Source: Piromyces finnis finn (taxonomy: Eukaryota > Fungi > Neocallimastigomycota). Taken from it: 64,000 bases of DNA. The position numbers were made by a program, and so were the translations under genes. The stretch covers positions 567,783-631,782 of the forward strand of contig MCFH01000030.1 in NCBI GenBank assembly GCA_002104945.1. The letters are read 5' to 3'. Position 1 is the stretch's first letter; every line of letters starts with the position of its first letter. The notes below the pieces were generated by a model that searched no databases, was not told where the DNA came from, and worked only from the letters and a program-made list of their open reading frames with translations. This document shows positions 11,525 through 24,515 of the stretch, in pieces.

Positions 11525-14500
11525 TTATTTTATTTCGTAAAGTTTAGTTTTGAAGTTTTCAATCATTTTAATAATAATATTATGTTGATAATCATTATAG
11601 TAAGAATCACGTATTTGTATTAATTTTAATTCATTCAAAAAGTATTCTAAAAAGTTTGTAAATACAGTTTTGTGAATAAAAGGTGGAGATAAGCTAGGAT
11701 TTTTATTGGAAGTTATCCTTGAGTAATAATTAGCCCAAAGCTGATCAATATGATTCATTATAAATTTTGAATAAGGTTCTATTTCTGATCCCAATTCATT
11801 TTTAATAACCGATAGTTCGAATAAACTTGACAAGAATCGTTTGAAAAAGAAAAATTTTAGAAGAACTATAAAATATTTATTTTCTATTTCGATATAATTT
11901 ATTCTTTTATTTGACTCTTCTTTCTAACTTTGTAATAATAGCTATAATGTTCGGTATTGGTATTATGATTCAAGTTTTTGTATTTCATTAGAAGCATTGG
12001 TTTAACAAAGGATTCATCCTTTGAAAATATTACTTTTGCCTTTCCTGGTTGACCTTGTCTACCAGCTCTGCCAATACCTTGATATTCTATTCTTGAATTT
12101 TGTGGAAAGAAACCTAAGATGACGTATAAACCACCAACTTGTAATGCTTCTTTACTTAGTATAATATCTGTTCCTCGACCTGCAGCATTTGTAGAAACTA
12201 ATATATTTCCAATATTTCCAGACTTTTCTAGTATATACTCTTCTTTCTCTTTCTGAGCATCATTTAATACTAAATTACCAATCCCTAGTCGATTTAATTT
12301 CATTGAAAATTCTATGCTTTCATGAATATTTTCTAATAGAATTAACATTGGTTGCTTCAATGTATTATTTCTAATCAATTTAATAATTCTCTGATATTTT
12401 TGTTCCTTTGTCTGATAAATTTCTGGTTCTTCTATGATCAATTTTTCTTTAAAATTTCTTGGTAGATTATATAACTCAACATCATATAGTTTACTAATCT
12501 CTCTTTTTTCTATCTCTTCCCCAATTGTGCCAGTTAATCTAAATATGGTTTGATAGTTTTGGAAATAAATTGGATGTGAAATAGATCCAATGACGGAAGT
12601 TTCTTCCTCAGGAGTTAATCCTTCTTTAATTACAACAAATTCATGAATACTTCTATTCCATTTAGAGCCATATTGAATTCTACCAGTATTACTCGATATA
12701 ATCTGAATTTCTTTTTTTTTGTAATTCTTCATTAAATCCAATAATATAATCTTCATTTAGTTTTTTATTCATGGCTATTTTTACAGCATTGATCCATTCG
12801 TTAATCTTTTCATCTTTAATTTGGTGCAATTGTTCCCGATGAATTCCATCTTCGAACGTACTTAATATTTTTCTAATGGTAGGGACATTTGGATTCATTG
12901 CGGTTTTTACATAATCAAATATTGGACCGTAAACCCAATTATAGTGATATTGAGAATTATAAGCGATGTTAGCACTATTTAATGATGTATCTATAAAAAG
13001 ATTATCACACTCATCCACAATAGCAACGTGATATTTTCTTTCTACTAATTCATTTTTGCCTAATGGTTGTGTCCTATTTTTATTTTGAATAAATAGTCCT
13101 TCTCTTAGTAGGGTAAATTCAAAATCTGTATTTGTTCCATATAAAATTATACCATTGTAATCTTCTTTTATTAGATATTGTTTTGCTAAGTTACTGGAAG
13201 AAACACCAAAAAGAGAAAATAATTTTTTGAATTTAATTTGATCTCTTTTAGCAAGATAATGAGTGGATGTTATAACATCTACAAAATAACCCATTAATGC
13301 ATTAGACAATGCAAGTATGGCTATAATCATACTTTTTCCTTCTCCAGTTTTAATTTGGGCAATTCTTCCATGATTTGTTTTCTTTTTATAGTGAATTAAA
13401 AATGATGCAATAGCTAATATTTGAATTAAATATGGAGTATAATTCAAGGTTTCTTCAAATCCTCTCGAAATAATAGCTAATAATTTTGCTATATTTTTCA
13501 ATGTTGGATTATATTTAAATTCTTGTCCTATTTGCCTACCTAATTCACTAAAGTTTTTACATGTATTGTATTCGGTGTAGTAGGTATTGAAATGGAGGGC
13601 AATTTCTTTTAACATAAACTTATCATTAAATTCAATTTTATCAAGTAGACTATCCAATTTATCGACATAGTTATAAAAATTAAATTCAGGTAATTTATTA
13701 AGTTTATTGAATTTTATAATAATATTGCTAATGCTTTCTGATTTGGTATTTAATATCTTTGTTGCCATTTTAATATCTCTAAATTTTATAATGTAGAGTT
13801 CAGTAGCCTTGACCAAGGATAAGAATTCTTTTGAAATAGTAGAGTTTTTATCGAGTAATTTTTTCATCGACTCAAATATATCTATTTTTTCACCCACAGT
13901 TAATTGTTCAGAGTTTTTGATGTACTGGTCACATTCTAAAGCTATATTTAAGGATTCAGAACCGATATTTTTGTTAGATAATACTTTTTGGATGAAACAA
14001 TCAATAGGTAATAAAGAGTCAATACTTTTATGAATAATAGGATATTTTTCTAGATAGTCATTGATTTCTTCTTCATCAAGCAATGGTGGAATAAAATGAG
14101 CATATTTAATATGAATATATTTCATACTACTTTTCTTTTTGCAAATTTTTAAAAGATTATTAATGAAGGAATAAGCAGAAATATTAAACCGTATGGATTT
14201 AAGATTTTTAAAGATTGGATAAGGATCACATTCAATAATTAACCTAAACCCCTTAATAGTAGAAATTAAATCACGAATTTCAATCTTTGTCTTTGATTCA
14301 AAAGCGGAAAGGATTATTGCTCGAATAATTCGAACAAAGTCAAAAGTATTTTTACAATCATTACATAATAAGAATAGGTTATTCATTTCATTTAATATTA
14401 CTTCAACATACTCAGGGTCTACTTTATATAATATAAAATTTAGAAATAGATCACAAATTTCAATGACATATTTGTTATTATTAATATTGGCTATGGTGGT

Positions 14501-17500
14501 GAAAAATTTATCAATGAAATCATTTCTGTTAAACGCATTCCATTTAATAAAAGCCAACAATGCATTAAGATTTCCGATTAGGGAATGATATTGAATATAT
14601 AGGTCTTTAGTGAAATATTTTGAAACATATATCATTGCTAAGGATGAATTAAATTCTTCAAATGTATCCGTGTTGTGGATTTTTTGATTTTCCAATTCTT
14701 CCTGTTGTGAACTGTTGTTCATTTGGGTTTCGGGTGATACCTTATCTTTTATATCCATGATTTTTTCTTCTATAGGTTTTTTCTTATTATAAATAATGTC
14801 ATAATATTTTTTTCTAACTCTTGATTTGATAGCATTTTCATTATTATAATAGGTGATGAATTGATTCAATTCAAGAGATATTTCAGAGATGCTTCTATTT
14901 TTTATATCATTCAGAGATAAATTATGGTATTCCATAAAAAGTTGGGCTATTTCAAATTGATTAGATTTTATGGAAAGTTGGAGGGGCGTAAGATTATTAT
15001 TGTTTTTAATACGTATTTCATCGGTAGTATCAAGAGAGGATAGGAATAGAGCAATCATTGAAAATAAACCAAATTCCGAAGCAATATGTAATGGTGTATT
15101 TCCTTCCTTATTTTTAGTTGTAAGTAATTTAAAACTAAATTCTCCATTTATTTTTGATAATATTTCACTGGCACAAGATACACTGTTAGAATAACAACAT
15201 AGGTGTAAAACGTTATTTCTATACTTATTTTGGGATAATAATTCTATATCAGAAAAAAGAAATAAATTAATCATACTAGGCTGATTATTGATACAACTTA
15301 TCATTAGTATATTATTCATAGTTTCATCGGAAAAACTATTTAGTTCATAGATAGAGTAAAGATCAATATAAGATTTTACATAGAATTCAGCATTTGGATT
15401 TTTAATTAATGCCAATAAATGGGATACACTGTAACGATTTCGTAAAACAAAAGGTGAGTCCATTAAATAGGCAAGTAATTTTTTATTACCATATTCAAGG
15501 CCAATGGATATGGCATCACTGTTGTTTGAATCTTTAAGATATGGATCGGCTCCATATTGCAATAATAATTTAAAAATTTCAGTAGCGGAACATTTTGCAG
15601 CACAATGAATTGGAGTGGAATAAGAATTGAAACGTTTTTTGAGGGAAGGTTCTTCTTTTGGAATAATTTGTAGATTGACATCATAATTTAAATATTCAAT
15701 TAAATATCTTACAGTATTTATTTTATTGGCGTAGCAAGCCTCGTGTAATGAAGAGGTGCTAATGGAATACTTTTCTATTAATTCTGGTGGATAAAATAGA
15801 GACATTAAAAACAAACCAGTATTACATCCAATTCTTGCGGCTAATAAATAAGGCGTTTCTAATTTTCGATTTTGAAGTAAAATATAAGAAGGCCTTTCTG
15901 ATATTACCTTTAATACTATATCATAAAATATATTTATTTCAGAATCGTATTTATCACTTGACAATGGTTCCTTAAAAAGTAAGTGTAAATAGGAATCACC
16001 CTCTTTATTACGCTTTTCAAAATCAATATTAAAGGAATTAATTATTTCATTAGCCAAACCAAAGTTTTTATTTTTAATAAGGTTCATTACTAAAGTTTCA
16101 CCTTCAATATTTTGTTGATTAATATTTAATAATTTGAGATGCTTTTTAAATACTTTATTAAAAGTTGCATTACGGTTTTTTGATAGGATATAAAAAATAT
16201 TTTCGTTGTTATCGCTAAAATAGTCATAAACATAATCATATTTTTCTAAGACATCATTAATATCAAAGTCATTGCTTATATTTGTAAAAAGTACCTCATG
16301 AAAATTCTGAATAATCCTGTCCAGAGCTAATAAAATATAATTAGCTTTTATTTTATTACCAACGTTTAAATGATCAAAATAATCAAAAATTAGAGTTAAA
16401 CTATTTTTAAAATCGAGAGAAAAGTGTATATAATCAAAGGGATAGTATTGATTTTCATCTTTAATAAAAAAGTAGTTTGCATAGTCATCAGGTAATGATT
16501 TCATAGCCCACAAATTATTACTTTTAATAATAAGATGTGGTAAAAAGGTTTTTTCTTTTGTTAATTCAGACAATCCAATATTTATTAACTTTAATAAATT
16601 AGTTAATCGAGAATGTTTTATCGATTCATTAAACCTTTCATTTTCTGATAATAAATTTTCAATAGATGCTAGTGTTTCGCGATAATGTTGATACTGATTA
16701 CTGTTAAGAAGAGAAGGGTAAAATTCTGATAGTACGTAAAGGTTATCTTTTCTTGACATTCCTAAATTTTCTAGAATTTCTAAATCCTTTGAGGATAGTT
16801 TTTTATGATGTAGTATGAGCATTTTTTTGAATACCCCTGGACGACAGAATTTAATTGCTGTATATAAATCAATTGTGGATAAATCAATACATTTAAACAT
16901 TTTCAAAATGATTTCAAAGGACACTAATGTTAAACGAGGTGTTTTACATAAAGGAAGAATGGAGAGACGGAAAGATTTGAATTTTTGTAATTCTAAAATA
17001 TCACATAAAATACCCAAGGATTCCATTTTTTCATTGATAGCAGCTTTACAAATAAGATGGTTTAATATTTTGTACACTTTTTCATCTGCTTTTTGAATGG
17101 TTGTGAATATTACCTTTAACATTTTATCATCGTTTGATTCAATGCAACAATCAAAAATGGTATTTCCGTTATAAACCTTGTTATTATGTGTGAATAAATC
17201 ACATCCATAGCCTAGAGCTTCCTTAATCCAATCGCATAAATTATTTTTTCCAATAAAGGTCATGATAGGATATTCCTTAAGATCTATTAATTGAGACAAG
17301 TATTTAATGGATTCCTTTTTCCTTCCTTTACATGCAGTTTCAATAAGTTCAATACAATTATTAAAGGATTTTAATGGAAGTTCTTCATCCAAATTTGGGA
17401 TCACTTTTTCAATTTCATTAAGGTTTCCATCACTAAAAAGTTTGACCAAATATTTTAATTTATTTTTGTCACCGTCATGATGAGAGTGTACAGAGAGTAA

Positions 17501-20500
17501 GGTATGTTTTAATTTTTCAAGTAATTTTATATTCCTATTTAATTTATAAAGTTGTTGATAACAATCTATTCTACCCGAATATAACGCCATATCAAGACAG
17601 TCGTGATTATAACAATCTTTTGTTAAGGCATTAGCATTATTTCTTAATAATATTTTAGTACATAAAATGGAGTGACTGGAAGAAAGGCAAAGTGGAGTTT
17701 TACCATCTGATCTTTTAACATTAATATAAGGTTTGGCTAAATCAAGATTTAAAATCTCTTTTAGTGTTTCAGCGTTTGATTTTAGACAAACTAAATGTAA
17801 GGGTGTATTTCCATCTTTTTTATCTTTGGCATCAATCTTACTATTTTGTAGTATGAGCCTTTTAGCAATAGTAGGTATATTATATTCACATGCATAATGT
17901 AAAGCTGTCTTTTTCAATTCATTAGTATAATTTATATCACCTATTTTTTCAGGGTAATCTAATAATAAATGAATCATACATTCATCTTTATTTAATATAG
18001 CCATTAATAGCGGTGTAATAGCATTATGGGATGGTAAAGAGAAACGGGAATTCTTTAGTTTTATTAATTTTGAAACCACATCTACATTACCCGTAGTTAC
18101 AGCTATTAATTCAGGAGTAATACCTGAATCTGATACAACATTTAAATCAGAGTCTGTTATTAATTGATCATAACCAAATAAAGCTTTGTAATGTCCTATA
18201 GAATATCCAGATAAATCCTTATCCTCAAGTTGCATATTTTCTTTTGATAGTAATGAATGAATAATTTTATTCTTTTTGACATCGTAGTTCGCTTTGACGA
18301 ATTCGTCTAACGAATCTCCATGGACTGACGACTGAATTAGTTTTGAATTAATACAATAATAGTCTTTACTAGTAGTATTGTTTACTAGATGATAATAAGT
18401 AGAGTCGTCTAATTCTTTTTCGATGAACATCAAATTTTTATTCAATTGAACATGACATCCACCACGTATTTCTATTTTTGATATTTCATCAGAGGAAAGG
18501 TCAAAGCATAGGGATTGCAAATTTAATTTATATTTAAATTTAAGTTTATCTACATTTTCCTTATCTAATGCCTCGAGAACTGTTTTATTTGCTAAATTTG
18601 TTTTTAAATTTTGCATAGCATTTATTAAGTTAGTTTTATAGCAATTTATACTAGTAAATTTAAGTTTTTCATTCAGTTCCTTCTCCATGGAATTTATACT
18701 ATCTTGATATGCCTTTTTATAATGATCTATAATCTCTTTTTCTCTGTTCATAATATTGTTTTTAACTTTTTCTGAATTCATTATTTCTTTCACTTGATGT
18801 AAACAATTACCATTGATACATAATTTTTCTATTTCATTTTTATAATTGCTTTTCATTTTGGCAATAGTTTCTGCTTTTATTTTTTCTAATTCATTTTTAA
18901 AACTAGTTATATTCTTATGGTAGTTTTCAATCAGTAAATCCGTCAACTTTTTTAATATTAAATCAAATTTATTTAATAAATTTGTAACATGTTTATTTAA
19001 TTCTTTTAATGTAGTGGCAGTTTGGAGGATATCCTTTATGTCTTTACAAATCTTATTCATAGTTGTAATATGATATTCATCTATCAATAAATTAATAACA
19101 TCATTTAATTCTATGCAGGCATTTAAAACTTTAGAACATACCAACAAATCTAAGCTTACTGAAAATTTTTTAATAACATCAAAAATAGATAAATCATAAT
19201 CATTTGTGATATCCACAAGATAGGCATCTTTATCAAGTAATTTCTTTAATTTTTCATACATATAGATGACAATTTTTTTTTCAATAGCTTTACTATTTTT
19301 CTCCATTTCTTCTATATTATTAGGCTTTATGTCTGAAATATGGTAACTAACGATATGATTTAAGAAGTTCATTTGACCTTCTGAAAAAATATTTAATAAT
19401 TCTTTCATGGTAACAGAATAGGTTAATTTTATTGTTTTTTTAATAGGCAATGGTGGGAATACATATGGAATATTCCTAATATATTTTTTATTTTTATGAA
19501 GGATAGAACAGGATAAATCGGGAAACATACCACAAGCCTGAACATTTGGTAAATTGTGTAAGCAAAAAGTTATAATATAAAGTAATTCAAAATACGGTTT
19601 AAAGTGAGGAATTGAATTCATTTTTTCTTTTACAAAAGTAGCCATGATTTTATGACTCCTTTCATTATCTGCGATTATATTTTGATTATCTTCATTTTTC
19701 ATTAGGCTAGCTTTAAATTCCGGAGAAACATCTATGTCATATTCAACATCGTAATAACACTTTGGTAAAACAACATCTTTATTATAATATAAAGTTTTAA
19801 TTTTTCCAATGATTCTAAATGCCGATAAAAATAGTTGTCTTTCACAGCCATGATCAGTTTTCATATCATTCAAAGATTGATAAATAATTTTATTCTTGTC
19901 ACCGTATTGGGACAATAGATATTTTTTCATATTTATAAAATGGTGATCTAAATAAGTTTTATCGGTATTTTTAGTATTTTGCCATTCAAATATAAATTCT
20001 TCCTCAAAAAATCCACCATTAACATAACATTTAAGAAAATAGTCCAACATAGTTATTACATGTCCAACCAGTGTATGTTTATAATATTCGTCCATCACCG
20101 AGTATAATAGTCCCTCTTGATTAAAATGAAGTGAAATAAAAGGTAATTTTTTATCTACGAGATATCCTATAGATAATTCGTGCATGATAGTTGAAAAAAC
20201 TTCTTCCATATTGTTAAATTTAACTCCTGGAATTAATAATTTATTGTTCAACAAATTTAAGATGTCATGTTCGGTAGTTTTTGAATATTTATTAAAGGCA
20301 ATGTACAATTGATCATTGAAACAATATCGATTTTTAAACTCTGGTATTATTCTTGGTATGATAAATTCTACTCCACCTGTGTCTCCAGAAGCATTTAATC
20401 CAGCAGCACACATAGCGTTATAGCCAACATTGAACATACACATATCATAAAAAAAATCAATAATAAATTTTATAAATCTTAAACCAATATCACAGAAAAC

Positions 20501-21026
20501 TATACTCATTAGATTGCTTAATATACGAGTCCATTTACCTCCACCAGGACCAGGTCCACCCTTAGGACCATCAGGACCATCAAAAATATTACCAATATAC
20601 TTTCCAAATGTAAAGCCAATGTTGATAAAAAGAAAAGAAAATACTAATTCTCCAAAATCCATAATACCATCTTTGTACTTTTTTTTTTATAAAATTCAAA
20701 ACTCCGTATAATACTCTAGTTGTTCTCCATAGTTTGCCAATAGCATTGTTATATTTTTCAAATATTAATCCAATTTTCTTTAATTTTTTTCTTTTAGATT
20801 TTCTCATAGGAAAAAAATAGTAAACATATTTATATTTTTTGTAATTTTTACCAGTCTTACCATTATTAGAAAAGCTAGTACCTTTTTTATGATTATGATA
20901 TATTAGATTTATATCTTTCAGAATATTACCACAAAACCCAATAAATTCTGTAATATGACCGAAAAGATATTTGTTAGAAAGATATTTAAATGCTTCCAAG
21001 CCATCATTTTTATCAAAAGTATCCAT
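11525..21026 (-). CDS. Giant intronless ankyrin-repeat + SecA-like ATPase protein (~3,166 aa if repaired); three 1-bp frameshifts
   Basis: ORFs 20589-21026, 12689-20662, 11899-12756 and 11525-11833 join with single-base corrections at ~20679-20688, ~12712-12720 and ~11921-11923. Ankyrin units (GNTPLHLVC, KTALHYAC, STPIHCAA, GNTPLHIAS) at ~18130-17560 and ~16080-14940. SecA motifs in order: IAQIKTGEGKS, TSTHYLAKRD, YGTNTDFEF, AIVDECD, TGRIQYGSKW, LTGT, STNAAGRGTDI, GRAGRQGQPG (~13400-11960). Confidence 0.88.
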
Positions 21027-21177
21027 TAATTAAACTTTTTTTTTAAAAAAAATCTCTTTAAAAAAAAATAAAAAATATTTTATTTAAATTCTTTTTTTTT
21101 TTTTTATTTCTAATAAAAACAATAAAATTTTTATTTATTTAAAAAATAAATTATTTATATTTTTCTATAATTTAAAT

Positions 21178-21263
21178 AATAAGTAAATGGACGGATAAAA
21201 ATATAGTAAAAAAAAAAAAATAAATAAAAAAAAAAATAAAAATAAGTAAATGGACGGATAAAA
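21178..21263. repeat. 23-bp direct repeat AATAAGTAAATGGACGGATAAAA, two copies
   Basis: Copies at 21178-21200 and 21241-21263, 150-240 bp upstream of the ankyrin-SecA start codon. Confidence 0.85.
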
Positions 21264-21485
21264 TAAAACCTTTATTCTTTTAAAATATCTTATCAATTGA
21301 AAACTGATAGGATTACTTTTATAACTTTACATAAAATGATTTCAAATTAAAAATTTAGACATATATTTTATATTTTATATTTTATATTTTATTTCGGACA
21401 TATTTAAGTATGAAACTATTATTTTTATATTATATATGCATAATAGATTCAGAAAAAAAAAATTTTTTTAAAAAAAAAGAATTAG

Positions 21486-21570
21486 AAATAAAATAAAATA
21501 AAATAAAATAAAATAAAATAAAATAAAATAAAATAAAATAAAATAAAATAAAATAAAATAAAATAAAATA
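21486..21570. repeat. (AAATA)17 microsatellite
   Basis: Perfect pentanucleotide run. Confidence 0.95.
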
Positions 21571-21644
21571 ATGTTTTATTATTATTATTATAACAAAAAA
21601 AACAAAAATAATATTTTATTTTATAAAATTATCATCATTCATAT

Positions 21645-21691
<47 letters not shown>

Positions 21692-23084
21692 TAAATCATT
21701 TTTTATTATAGAAATATTATTAAATAGGTATTTTAGAAAAAAAATCTTTTTCCATAATTTGCCTAGATTTTTTAATATTTTGTTTTAAAATTAATTTCTT
21801 CAGCTTCAGGATACAAACAAAGCAAAACCAAAAAAAAATTCTTTTTTTTTATAATAAAATTTTATATAATAAAATATATAATAATTTATAATTAGCTTTT
21901 ACTAAAAAAAAATTTTTCTGTATTTTTCCAAAAGAGTAAGTTTTTTTTCTTAGTATTGTTACAAACTTTATTAAATAATAAAAATACTTTTTTTTTATTT
22001 TAATAAAAGTTTAAATATTATTAAAAACGTTATTTATTAAGTACCATTAAAATAAAAAAATTTTTTTAAACACATGTTGTAAAACAAGCATTAGCTATAG
22101 TTACCAAAAAAAAAAATAAGCATGGCTATAAGGTTTCATTGATGAAAAAATTAATAGAAAAACTTTACAAAGATAATTCTAGTAATATTAATAAAATTTT
22201 TTTAAAAAAATAGAATTTAAAGTTTGAACTAATAAAAGATAATGTTTAAAATTTTAATTTATAAAGTAATAAAATTATGATAGAATAAATTAATTTTTAT
22301 CCAATAAACTTTTAAAATAAATAAATGGATGAATGAATAAATTATTAATAAATAAATATGAATGAATGAATTGTTTAATTAATAAATAAACGAGTAAATA
22401 AATAAATTAATTTATATATAGTTATTAATATGATTTCATCATGAATAATAATGAGTTTTAATGATGGATAAAATGATGCTGATGATGATGGTATTACTAG
22501 TATTTTTATACAATTAAAAAAACTAGTCATACCATCCATTCTCTTTCTATTTGTAAGAAGAAGAAGAGGGAGAATTAAAGGAATTTTTTTTTCATTCAGG
22601 AATTCATATAGCAAATAAAAAGGTTTTAATAAAATAGAAACAAAAAGGATTAAAACTAATATTTATAAATTATTTTTTTTTATAAAAAAAAACAACACAC
22701 ACAGTAATGAAACCTTTTTAACAATAAAATAAAATTTAAATTTATATCAAAATATAATTTTTTTTTATTTTGTTGGTTTTCTTATTTTTACAATTAAAAA
22801 GTATCAAAAAGATGTTTTTTTTTTAATAATTTTATTCTTTATATAAAGAATTTTATATTTTTATTTTCTATATTATAATATAAATAAATTAACTTAAATA
22901 TAATTATTGATTCTAGTATTATCTATACATTTTTTTAAAAGATATTTATTTAATATAAATGGTTTTATTTTAAATAATAAAATAGTGTATTACTTTTAGT
23001 TTTGATTGTTGTTTTTTTTTTTTTTTTTAATGAAAATTTAGGTTTATTTTTTAATGAGCTTTCCTTTTTTTTTTTAATTTGTAC

Positions 23085-24515
23085 TTAAAATTGGTTTTTT
23101 AGACTATATTTTCTAGTGGCTATTTGATCATTGTCATTACTATTTAAATGAATAGCATATTCATTTGAATTTAACCTATCATTTTTACCATTATGTAAGG
23201 TTGAAGCATTTTTTATTATATTATAGGAAAAGTTCATTTCTTCATCAAAATTATTTTGATTCATATTCATATTTTTTATACTGTCTTTTCTATTTTGATT
23301 TAAAATATTATTATAGTAAGAATTGGAAATACTTGTACTACTACTATTATTATTATACTTGTAAAGGGATGTTGATAATCCATTATAAGTTGGAACTGGA
23401 TTTCCATGAATGGAAGTAATGGAATTGTATGAAGCAGTAGGATTAAAGGATGACATTCCTTTGTTATAGGATGATGTAATACTATGGGATGATATTTTAT
23501 AATTTGAATCTTTACGTTTTACATAGAATTTTAATAATATTTGATCAATAAATATAATATAGTAGTTAAAACTTAATACAATATCTAAATAGGTTTGTAA
23601 AAGCGGTGCAATTCCATTACCAAATTGATCTCTATCAACATTTTTATTGAGTATATATTTATATATATGATACAAGATGATCATAGGAATAAGGAATAAA
23701 GATACAATAATTGAACAATAGATACGGTATTCTGAGGTCTGTTTAAATCTTTCCATAAAACTATTTTTTAACATCTTACTGTTATTCATATTTGTTCGAT
23801 TAAAAAGATTTTTTCTCATGACATATAAAATAGTAATATCGTATATTATACTTCCAATAACAATTAATTGATAATCATCAAAACTTATTCTGAACATCTC
23901 CTTACTATACATCTTACTAAAGCAATAAATTTTTAAGGCATTGTAAATGAGGCAAGCAGCGTATACAAATTTTATAGATCTCTTATTTTTTATTACAGCT
24001 TTAGTTCTTAAAGTAGGATACCAATCACCAACCACACTATAAATAATCAAGAATGTATTGAATATTTTTTCTATTATTGAACCACCTGCTTGTGGTGGAG
24101 GAAGATAAGCAGAAAAATTAAATGTAACTTCTTTGACAGCTGTATATAGCAAAAAATTTATATAAAATACTATAATAAAAATACCCATGACTCTTTTCCA
24201 TTTTTTATTTAAATAAAATACCAAAATAAACCATAATAAATAGGTATTACTTGTAAATAAAACCTTAATAATGTATTGCTCAATTGTCATTGGAAGGCTT
24301 TTTTTATTATTATCATGAAAACAATTTAGTATTCCATCAAGATTTTGAAAATAACATTTATTATCAAAAATTATTGGTGAGCCATTATCGTCCACACCTG
24401 GTGGAGGACAATCACCCATACCTGGAGGAGGACCCATGCCTGGAGGAGGACCATCACCCATACCTGGAGGAGGACCCATGCCTGGAGGAGGACCACCACC
24501 CATGAAATCACCCAT
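23085..24515 (-). CDS. Orphan 7-transmembrane receptor-like protein with N-terminal GPPPGM repeats (476 aa, intronless)
   Basis: Seven hydrophobic segments by eye; motifs GDWYPTLRTKA, SEYRI, FIDQILL shared with 29365-30897; Asn/Ser-rich C-terminal tail. Confidence 0.8.
   Translation of the reverse strand: MGDFMGGGPPPGMGPPPGMGDGPPPGMGPPPGMGDCPPPGVDDNGSPIIFDNKCYFQNLDGILNCFHDNNKKSLPMTIEQYIIKVLFTSNTYLLWFILVFYLNKKWKRVMGIFIIVFYINFLLYTAVKEVTFNFSAYLPPPQAGGSIIEKIFNTFLIIYSVVGDWYPTLRTKAVIKNKRSIKFVYAACLIYNALKIYCFSKMYSKEMFRISFDDYQLIVIGSIIYDITILYVMRKNLFNRTNMNNSKMLKNSFMERFKQTSEYRIYCSIIVSLFLIPMIILYHIYKYILNKNVDRDQFGNGIAPLLQTYLDIVLSFNYYIIFIDQILLKFYVKRKDSNYKISSHSITSSYNKGMSSFNPTASYNSITSIHGNPVPTYNGLSTSLYKYNNNSSSTSISNSYYNNILNQNRKDSIKNMNMNQNNFDEEMNFSYNIIKNASTLHNGKNDRLNSNEYAIHLNSNDNDQIATRKYSLKNQF

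Noticed and set aside
12712-20688. Programmed -1 ribosomal frameshifting at the A-runs of the SecA-ankyrin gene
   Set aside because: Both A-run junctions need a +1 shift, not -1.
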